Notes under the pieces: model-generated | What the model saw: only the letters and a program-made list of their open reading frames with translations | The model's database searches: none | What the model was told of the DNA's origin: nothing | In this document: in pieces, positions 5,505 through 11,594 of the stretch | Layout of the letters: each line of letters opens with the position of its first letter | How positions within the stretch are numbered: the first letter of the stretch is position 1 | Assembly (NCBI GenBank): GCA_028713935.1 | Contig: JAQTNI010000026.1 | Span: 5,626 to 18,774, forward strand | DNA length: 13,149 nucleotides | Direction: 5' to 3' | Source: Candidatus Iainarchaeum sp. | GTDB taxonomy: Archaea > Iainarchaeota > Iainarchaeia > Iainarchaeales > GCA-2688035 | Translations under genes and position numbers: made by a program

Positions 5505-6632
5505 TTAATATTTATTTAATATTTTTTTTAATTCTTTTAAAAATTCCCTGGTATCTGCAAAATAGTTAGGGTATGCTTTTTCAAGTTCTTTGGCGGTATC
5601 TACCCCAACAAGAACCACATCGTATTGCTTTTGTCCGTGATATTTTTTTTCAGCATTATTATACGCTTCAACTGCTTCTTTTTCTTCGCCCATTTTATAA
5701 GTTATAATTTTAAGTTCAGATGCAGTTTCTTCTGCAACATTTAGCTCCAATAAAAAGTATTGTGTCTGTTTCCTTTTATTTTTTTTTTCCTTTGACCCCT
5801 CTTTTGTGTCCCAATTTTTCATCGCATTTATTCCTCTTGTCCAGCTTTCAAGCCTATGCACTACATTTAATTCAGCTTCTTTCTTCTTGATTGCTAGATA
5901 AAGCTCTTTTTCATTATTTGGGGTGTTTGGGACAATGGGTAAGTTTTCGTTTTTAGCAAAAGCAGAACTTACGAGCTTAAAAAATTCTTTCCAATCCTCG
6001 CTTCCCTCGTTTGATTTTATTGCCTGCTTAGTAATAAACCCTGCTATTTCCACTGCTGTTGCCCATTGGTGTTGCAATTTAGACCTAAATTGAAGTTCAA
6101 TTAGCAGTCCATTATTAAAGATTTTTTTCCCTTTTTTATCACTATAATATTCATAAACAAGATGATAACTTCTGTAGCCATCCCTTTTTGGTTTTGAGAT
6201 ATAATCATTTGTTTTTACTTGTCTATGTTTTAAATTCACTTTTAGGTTGTAATACTGTTCATATAATCGCTTTGTTTCCATAACCGTTGGCATAATTGCC
6301 CGGCATCCGCCAATATCCTGCATATCGTAGAGTGTTATGGCATGTTTACGACCAGAATACTGCTTTGTAAGTTTGTAAAGAATAGCTGGAACACGTTTTA
6401 ATCTCTGCGCAGTTAATGCGTTTTTGTTTACCTCATTAGCTTTTGATTTTAGTCTTATTTTGAATACGTGCATCGGGTAACCGTGTGCTGCTCTCCAATT
6501 GTCCATAATTTTCATTGCTTCTTCCTTTTGTTCTTGAGAACTTGCAGGGTTTATTAGAACATTCCCGGCAGCAGTTATTTGTTCTTTGCTATATTCGGGT
6601 TTTATCCAATTCATGTTATACTTTCTGCGCAT
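5505..6632 (-). CDS. Stand-alone RelA/SpoT (RSH synthetase-fold) domain protein with a ~140-aa C-terminal extension. Candidate toxSAS, with CapRel-like fused architecture.
   Basis: 375-aa ORF. Synthetase-fold motifs: AQRLKRVPAILYKL, DMQDIGGCRAI, YISKPKRDGYRSYHLVYEY, LIELQFRSKLQHQWATAVEIAGF. There is no HD, TGS or ACT domain. The C-terminal ~140 aa (…YFLLELNVAEETASELKIITYKMGEEKEAVEAYNNAEKKYHGQKQYDVVLVGVDTAKELEKAYPNYFADTREFL…) is unassigned. A TATA-like tttaaata (minus strand, 6645-6638) is centred ~27 nt upstream of the second ATG (6614, MNWIKPEY...), which may be the true leaderless start. Confidence 0.85.
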   Translation of the reverse strand: MRRKYNMNWIKPEYSKEQITAAGNVLINPASSQEQKEEAMKIMDNWRAAHGYPMHVFKIRLKSKANEVNKNALTAQRLKRVPAILYKLTKQYSGRKHAITLYDMQDIGGCRAIMPTVMETKRLYEQYYNLKVNLKHRQVKTNDYISKPKRDGYRSYHLVYEYYSDKKGKKIFNNGLLIELQFRSKLQHQWATAVEIAGFITKQAIKSNEGSEDWKEFFKLVSSAFAKNENLPIVPNTPNNEKELYLAIKKKEAELNVVHRLESWTRGINAMKNWDTKEGSKEKKNKRKQTQYFLLELNVAEETASELKIITYKMGEEKEAVEAYNNAEKKYHGQKQYDVVLVGVDTAKELEKAYPNYFADTREFLKELKKILNKY

Positions 6633-6637
6633 AACAT

Positions 6638-6645
6638 TATTTAAA
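6638..6645 (-). promoter_or_regulatory. TATA-like box (TTTAAATA on minus strand) upstream of the RelA/SpoT-domain gene
   Basis: Its downstream edge lies 6 nt from ATG 6632 and 24 nt from the in-frame ATG 6614. The latter spacing matches the leaderless pattern seen elsewhere in the window. Confidence 0.3.
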
Positions 6646-6802
6646 CCTTAATATGCGCAATTAAACAAATTTTTTATTTTTGCCATAAAACATATTATAA
6701 TAAGCATAATGGCATTTATAAAAAATGTTATGTTTAAGTAAATAGACTAAACATTATTTTGCGCTGTTATTTTTTGGTATTAATTCTATTTTGTAGCTCT
6801 GC

Positions 6803-7101
6803 TTGGTCTGGAAACAGTGATTGAAAAAGGGTCACTGAAAAATGGACTTTGCTTCCTGAAAAAAGTTTAATCATTGCTTTTTCTCGCTTCCGGCCCTTCA
6901 AAGCATTTTTTGTTAAAGCCACCGTTGCTTTCTTCCGAACCTGGCGGGTTTCACTCCAGCAAAAAATCTCTGAAGACAGAAGGTCACTGTCCAAGCAATG
7001 GCTCTTTTCAGGGAACCAAGCCTCTTTTCCAGCATCAGCCCCGGCATAAAGCAGGTTTCCGGTTACAAGGCACTGCTGCCGCCCCAGCCTGACCCAGACA
7101 A
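6803..7101 (-). ncRNA. Signal recognition particle RNA (archaeal 7S/SRP RNA, ~300 nt); ends approximate
   Basis: A GC-richer patch with no convincing ORF. The minus strand reads GAGUGAAACCCGCCAGGUUCGGAAGAAAGCAACGGUGGC (about 6957-6918). This matches the universally conserved SRP helix-8 motif (…GUGAAC…CCAGGUC-GGAA-…GAGCA…) with a GGAA tetraloop. An Alu-domain-like UGUAACCGGAAAC lies near the 5' end (about 7067-7055). Nested long-range complements consistent with helices 1 and 5 are cauugcuu (7000-6993) with aagcaaug (6879-6872), ccugaaaa with uuuucagg, ggaaa with uuucc, and gucu with agac near the ends. Confidence 0.8.
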
Positions 7102-7160
7102 ATTGTGTTAAAACAATCTTTTAATTGTTTTGATGAACAATAATTTTTAGGGATTGGCTT

Positions 7161-7415
7161 ATGGAAAAAACTCCAATTGGAAAAATAACCCATTTTTTTG
7201 ACAAGATAGGAGTGGCTGTTTTGGAGCTTTCAGGGCCCTTAAAACAAGGCGAAAAAATTTCTGTTGAAGGCCATGCAGGGGAATTGTTTGAGCAGACAGT
7301 CGGCAGCATGCAGATTGACAAGAAAACAGTTGTTTCTGCAAAAAAAGGCCAGGCAATTGGCCTGAAATTAATTCAGCCAGTAAAACCAATTGCACAGGTA
7401 TTCAAAGTAAAATGA
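7161..7415 (+). CDS. Small EF-Tu domain II-like beta-barrel protein (translation elongation factor-like protein)
   Basis: 84 aa: MEKTPIGKITHFFDKIGVAVLELSGPLKQGEKISVEGHAGELFEQTVGSMQIDKKTVVSAKKGQAIGLKL... It matches the pattern of the widespread ~85-aa stand-alone GTP_EFTU_D2-like proteins (IGxVTHYFxKIGVAVxEL...GDxIxIxG...FEQxVxSMQI...V..AxxGxxVGxKV). Confidence 0.65.
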   Translation: MEKTPIGKITHFFDKIGVAVLELSGPLKQGEKISVEGHAGELFEQTVGSMQIDKKTVVSAKKGQAIGLKLIQPVKPIAQVFKVK

Positions 7416-7487
7416 AGAAAGCCCAAAATTGCCAGCATATGCCTTTTGTAGCTTCTGCTTACAGCAATTCCCCGAGGAATAATTTTT

Positions 7488-8441
7488 TCAGCTTTCCACG
7501 TCTTCTATTCCGTGCTCTGTTACCCTGAAAATTGCTTCCCCGTCAGGCAATGAAGGCGAATCAACGAGTTTTGCGACTCTTTTGTCTTCCTTGCTTTTGC
7601 GCAGGTAAATTCTTGTTTTGCTGTTATGCGCAACAATGTCCCCTCCAATCGGAGTTGTTGGGTCGCCAAACAAAATTCCCGGGTTTTGCATTACCTGGTT
7701 TGTAACTAAAACAGCAATGTTGTTCATTTCCGCAACTTTCATCAGTGCGTGCATGTGCTTGTTCAGTTTTTGCTGCCTGTCAGCCAACTGGCCCCTTCCA
7801 ATAAATTCAGACCTGAATTGCGCAGTAAGGGAATCAACTATTATCAATTTTATTCCTTTTTCCTTTATTATTTCATCGGCTTTTTCCGCAAGCAATATCT
7901 GGTGGTCTGAATTGTAAGCCCTTGCCACTAAAATGTTTTTCAAAACTTCTTCCTGGTTTAATCCAAGGTGTTCTGCAATTGCAATTATTCTTTCCGGCCT
8001 GAAGGAATTTTCCGCGTCAATCCAGAGGCATGGCCCGTTAAGCCCTCCTTTTTCAACTGGCAATTGGACTGTTACTGCTGCCTGAAAGCACACCTGTGTT
8101 TTGGCGCTTGCAAATTTTCCATAAATTTCTGTTATGCTTCCAGTTTCAATGCCGCCGCCAATCATTGAGTCAACGTCTTTGCTTCCTGTAGTAATTTTTC
8201 CAACAAGCTTTCTTCTTTCGGCAATTTTGTCTGCTGTTTCAAAGCCCATTTCAAGGGAGTCCCTTGCAGCCCTGATTGCTTTTGTTGCAGTTGCCTCTCC
8301 AAGGCCTGCTGCTTCAACAAGCTCCGCAGGGGAAGCAATTGCAATGCTTTCAACTGTTTTATAGCCTGCAGCCATTAGTTTTTCTGCTGCCTGTGTTCCA
8401 ATGCCAGGCAAATCCTCTATTTCCTTTATCTGTTTCCCCAT
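7488..8441 (-). CDS. radA: DNA repair and recombination protein RadA (archaeal Rad51/RecA homologue)
   Basis: N-terminal HhH domain: IEDLPGIGTQAAEKLMAAGYKTVESIAIASPAELVEAAGLGEATATKAI. RecA core: LIIVDSLTAQFRSEFIGRGQLADRQQKLNKHMHAL, VLVTNQV, PIGGDIVAHNSKTRIYLRKSKEDKRVAKLVDSPSLPDGEAIFRVTEHGI. I prefer ATG 8441 (MGKQIKEIEDLPGIG), which is preceded by a strong SD GGAGG (complement of 8449-8453, 7-nt spacer). The track's ATG 8522 would add 27 hydrophobic residues. Confidence 0.95.
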   Translation of the reverse strand: MGKQIKEIEDLPGIGTQAAEKLMAAGYKTVESIAIASPAELVEAAGLGEATATKAIRAARDSLEMGFETADKIAERRKLVGKITTGSKDVDSMIGGGIETGSITEIYGKFASAKTQVCFQAAVTVQLPVEKGGLNGPCLWIDAENSFRPERIIAIAEHLGLNQEEVLKNILVARAYNSDHQILLAEKADEIIKEKGIKLIIVDSLTAQFRSEFIGRGQLADRQQKLNKHMHALMKVAEMNNIAVLVTNQVMQNPGILFGDPTTPIGGDIVAHNSKTRIYLRKSKEDKRVAKLVDSPSLPDGEAIFRVTEHGIEDVES

Positions 8442-8643
8442 AACAATTCCTCCTTGGGCCAGCCATTTGAAGCAATTAATTTGGGAAATAATTGCCACTT
8501 GGGCTGCCAATTCAATAAGCATAATGATTGGATGCTTTTAAATAGTTTTTAGAGTGCACTTCCGCTATTCCGTCTCTTAAGAAGAATCAATATATTTTTA
8601 TTTAATTATGTGCATTAAATAATTATAAAAAAAAGGTGTTTTT

Positions 8644-9237
8644 TTGGCGCGAACCATTACTTTGTCTGTTTCTGATAATACTTTTGAATTGATGCGGAAG
8701 CATCCCGAAATCAATTATTCTGAACTGGCCAGGCAGAGGATTAACGGGTATCTGGCTTCCCTTTCCGAGAAAAGGGTTGTTTCTTTCGATTTTTTAGTCC
8801 TGAAGGATTTGATTTTTGCTCCGGAAAAAATTGTTGAAATTCATAATAGGATTGAGAAGAACCACAAGATGATGCGCACTCTTTCTTGGGTTGAATCTGT
8901 TTTTGACCTGGATTTGTTTGACAGCCTGTCAAAGTTTTTGCACGAGTTTGCAAGGGTTCATCCTTTTGAAGATGGCAATAAAAGAGCTTCTTTTGTCTGC
9001 GTTGATGCCTTTTTGCGGCTGAATTTTATGAAGCTTAGAATTAACCAGTCTTCAAAAAAAACTACTGATGATGAAAAGTTTTTTTGGCAGAACGCAAACA
9101 TGCAGAAGCCGCTTGATGAAATAAGGATTTTCCTCAAAAAGCATGTTGTTGAATCCCGAAGGCCAAAAAGCGTTGAGGCAGCTGTTTTTGATTCAATCAG
9201 CGAAAACAAAATTCTGCTGGAACGCCTTGCCCTTTAA
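8644..9237 (+). CDS. Fic/Doc-family protein (Doc-type HxFxDGNKR motif) with an N-terminal ribbon-helix-helix-like segment
   Basis: The Doc-type motif HPFEDGNKR lies at 8959-8985 (residues 106-114), followed by ASFVCVDAFLRLNF. The N-terminus MARTITLSVSDNTFELMRKHPEINYSELARQRINGYL has the strand-helix-helix pattern of CopG/Arc/MetJ RHH domains. The start is TTG 8644, 5 nt after the SD-like aggtg (8634-8638). The first in-frame ATG would delete the RHH strand. Confidence 0.8.
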   Translation: MARTITLSVSDNTFELMRKHPEINYSELARQRINGYLASLSEKRVVSFDFLVLKDLIFAPEKIVEIHNRIEKNHKMMRTLSWVESVFDLDLFDSLSKFLHEFARVHPFEDGNKRASFVCVDAFLRLNFMKLRINQSSKKTTDDEKFFWQNANMQKPLDEIRIFLKKHVVESRRPKSVEAAVFDSISENKILLERLAL

Positions 9238-9635
9238 TGCTTTCTAATCAGGACAACAAACAGTTCATCCAAAGTCAATCCTTGTTTTGACAGGAATTCC
9301 TTGATTTCTTTTTCAGTGTTTTCCCTGTCTGCAGTCAAATATTGGTGTGTTGCAACAATGTTTTTTTGTTCCTTGAGCATTTTTGTCTGGCACGAGTCTG
9401 TCCATTCGTCAATAATAATTTTGTTTTGATTGTTTTTTGCTATTGCACTGGAAAGCATTGTTTTTTCGGAAAACGGCAGTCCAAAAATAACTATATTTTT
9501 TGTTTGCACTGCAAGCTCTGAAGCAATAACACAAAGAAGCCTATTATTTTCAATCTCCAAAGTTTTAACAATCCTGAAACCAAAACTTTTTTCCATTTCA
9601 AAATTCTTGAAAAACAGGCTTAAATGCATTTTCAA
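9234..9635 (-). CDS. Hypothetical protein (133 aa; possible start at ATG 9596)
   Basis: An ORF with typical local codon composition. Its 3' end overlaps the Doc-like gene's stop by 4 nt in convergent orientation. It contains NIVIFGLPFSEKTMLSSAIAK...KIIIDEW. I recognise no confident family. Confidence 0.5.
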   Translation of the reverse strand: MKMHLSLFFKNFEMEKSFGFRIVKTLEIENNRLLCVIASELAVQTKNIVIFGLPFSEKTMLSSAIAKNNQNKIIIDEWTDSCQTKMLKEQKNIVATHQYLTADRENTEKEIKEFLSKQGLTLDELFVVLIRKH

Positions 9636-9697
9636 AGCAAATTTCCGCTAATCAGTGGGTTTAAATTATTGAAAGATTAAATAATTTCCGGATTGCA

Positions 9698-10093
9698 ATG
9701 CAAAAAAAGCCAATGAGAAGGCCAGAGCTTAAGAGGCGTGTAGCAAGTTTGAGGCGAGCAGCTTCTGAAAGAGCCTTTGCTGAATTTATACTCAAATTTC
9801 CAAATCCTGAAGTTGCACAGCGTCACTATGACAGAATTCGCCAAGCATTGGCTGCAAAAACAGTTGATTGGGAAAAGGTTAAGAACTCAATTAATTATTG
9901 GGACAGAGTCAGAACTGAAACTTTGGAACTTAACAAAAAATTTGGCAAGGCAATCAGAAGCGGTTTGCGTTTAGGGATGCAACCACCTTCTATCATGGCT
10001 GAACAATTGCAAAGCATACAAGAAATGCAGCAGCAAGCTTTTTCAGACCTTGCCAGGATAAAAGCCCGCAGAAAAATGGAATTAGGAAAATAA
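9698..10093 (+). CDS. Hypothetical basic helical protein (131 aa)
   Basis: ATG-initiated ORF filling the gap between flanking genes: MQKKPMRRPELKRRVASLRRAASERAFAEF...QEMQQQAFSDLARIKARRKMELGK. It is R/Q/A-rich and predicted all-helical by eye. No recognisable motif. Confidence 0.5.
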   Translation: MQKKPMRRPELKRRVASLRRAASERAFAEFILKFPNPEVAQRHYDRIRQALAAKTVDWEKVKNSINYWDRVRTETLELNKKFGKAIRSGLRLGMQPPSIMAEQLQSIQEMQQQAFSDLARIKARRKMELGK

Positions 10094-10102
10094 ATTTTCA
10101 AA

Positions 10103-11416
10103 TTATTTTTTTTCAATGCTTCTTGCTGTTATTTCCAGTTCTGAAGAAAAAGAGTTTTCTTTTATTTTTCCCTGCAATGTGATTTCCGAGTTCCAGAGTT
10201 TGCCCCTTATTTCATCGAGAGTTTCTTCCAAACCTGCTTCCGCAATTTTTTTTTCAATTTCTTTTGCGCTCAGCCCAATCAGTTCTTCCGCTGTTTTGCC
10301 GTAAAAAACAGAATTAATGCTTCCGCTTTCATCGCCTATTTTCACTGAAATCACTGCGCTTGGCACTGATTCTTTTTGTTCTCCGCAGTTTTCGCACAAA
10401 AAGCTTTCTTCCATCTTAATTGCTTTTTTTCCGCATTTCGGGCAGGTGTTGAACAACAATTTTCCAGAGCCGATTTCAAGGATTTTCCCGTTTATTTCAA
10501 CAAGGGCATCGTCCTTGTGCAAATTGGAGATTTTCTTTTTTGTCACGTCAATTCCGCGCAGTTCCATTGCGCTTGGCAATTCCTCTTCAATTTTCGGGTT
10601 TTTTATTATCCTTGCTTTGTAGCCAAGATGCAGTTCAATGCCTTTCAGGCCCTGCTTTGTGTAAGCGCCCTCTATTTTCACCAAATCGTTTTCCGCTAAT
10701 TTTTCTGTTTCGTTTGCAATGTCATTCCAGGCAGTTGCCCTTATTGAATTTGTTTTGTCAGCAATAAGAAAATTTGCAACTTTTCCGGAAACATTTTCTT
10801 TTTTGAATTCAGTGGCTGGAAAAACCCGCAGAATGCGCACAATTGCATTCACATCGCTCAGGCCAGGCTGCAATTCGTCAAGCCTGAAAACCTTGTTTTC
10901 AATTTTTGGCAAAAAACCACTGTCCACGCCTGTTGGATTAACTGAAAGCTCTCCCTGGTATGACAGGTTAAGCTGGGCTTTTTCCTTGAAGCTGGTAACA
11001 TAACAATTTTTGAGTTCAAGGACAGAGCCTTTTTCAGCTCCCTGCTCCTGGATTTTTTTTACATCGTCATGCCAAAGAGTCAGCCTGATTTCGCCTGAAT
11101 CATCCGCAACAATAAGATTGCAGAGCCTGCCTTTTTTCCCGTTTTTTTCAAATTCCTTTGGGGCAAAAATCTGCATTACCTTCACAAGCAAATCAACATT
11201 GCTCATCCCATCTTCAAGCTGTTTTATCTTCATTCTTTCAGAGCTTTTGTCAAGCTCAAGGCCAAGCTCCTTTGCAACCATCAAAGCAGCCCCGCTTTCA
11301 GTGAGCAGGCCAGCAAATTTTTCCTTTTTTGACTCAATTTTTTCAAGGATTTCTTCTTTCGGCTTGCCGCTTTCCGCGACAATTTTTTCAACAAGAGAAA
11401 TAGAAGTTGTTTCCAT
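10103..11416 (-). CDS. Replication protein A (archaeal RPA/RFA single-stranded DNA-binding protein with multiple OB folds and a zinc ribbon)
   Basis: 437 aa. N-terminal helical module: LVEKIVAESGKPKEEILEKIESKKEKFAGLLTESGAALMVAKELGLEL. Repeated OB-fold segments: NLIVADDSGEIRLTLWHDD and NFLIADKTNSIRATAWNDIA. C4 zinc ribbon: CPKCGKKAIKMEESFLCENCG. This is the typical euryarchaeal-type RPA layout. Confidence 0.9.
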   Translation of the reverse strand: METTSISLVEKIVAESGKPKEEILEKIESKKEKFAGLLTESGAALMVAKELGLELDKSSERMKIKQLEDGMSNVDLLVKVMQIFAPKEFEKNGKKGRLCNLIVADDSGEIRLTLWHDDVKKIQEQGAEKGSVLELKNCYVTSFKEKAQLNLSYQGELSVNPTGVDSGFLPKIENKVFRLDELQPGLSDVNAIVRILRVFPATEFKKENVSGKVANFLIADKTNSIRATAWNDIANETEKLAENDLVKIEGAYTKQGLKGIELHLGYKARIIKNPKIEEELPSAMELRGIDVTKKKISNLHKDDALVEINGKILEIGSGKLLFNTCPKCGKKAIKMEESFLCENCGEQKESVPSAVISVKIGDESGSINSVFYGKTAEELIGLSAKEIEKKIAEAGLEETLDEIRGKLWNSEITLQGKIKENSFSSELEITARSIEKK

Positions 11417-11594
11417 TTAAACCAAAAAGATAAGGGCGTGCAAAAAAATAAAAAGCAATCGAGCAGCCACACAACAAGTTATGTATAAATTAATCTTTTC
11501 TGCTTGGTTTTTTAATTTTTATTTTGCCCGCATTAGCTATAATAACATAATTCTTCCTTATTGTTTTAGATAAAAAAGTTCACTTGGTGTTAAG

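Noticed and set aside
6767-7092. Three overlapping ORFs (6767..6994 -, 6849..7049 +, 6874..7092 +). Also a brief idea that GSGWGGSSA in one minus-strand frame is a GHMP-kinase motif II remnant (pseudogene).
   Set aside because: The region is better explained as the SRP RNA: helix-8 motif, Alu-type element and nested complementary arms. The GHMP-like string is 9 residues in a frame that terminates immediately, and nothing else kinase-like surrounds it.
7618-8364. Overlapping ORFs within radA: plus-strand 7618..7917, 7968..8168 and 8134..8364, and minus-strand 8162..8353.
   Set aside because: They are antisense or out-of-frame shadows of a high-confidence RadA gene, with no independent signals.
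8442-8522. 27-aa N-terminal extension of RadA from the ATG at 8522 (MLIELAAQVAIISQINCFKWLAQGGIV).
   Set aside because: The extension is hydrophobic and unlike RadA N-termini. A strong GGAGG sits 7 nt before the internal ATG 8441, which gives the canonical MGKQIKEIEDLPGIG start. A TATA-like box near 8540-8549 could mean that 8442-8522 is 5' UTR.
9180-9215. C-terminal DSISEN in the Doc-like protein as a Fic auto-inhibitory helix motif ([S/T]xxxE[G/N]).
   Set aside because: The first position is Asp rather than Ser/Thr, and Doc-type proteins are not known to use the alpha-inh mechanism. It is too weak to call.
10116-11472. Numerous plus-strand ORFs antisense to RPA (10116..10304, 10317..10622, 10376..10699, 10540..10767, 10719..11003, 11010..11420), plus minus-strand ORF 11281..11472, which overlaps the RPA 5' end out of frame and extends into the upstream intergenic region.
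   Set aside because: These are shadow frames of the RPA gene with serine/phenylalanine-rich low-complexity products.
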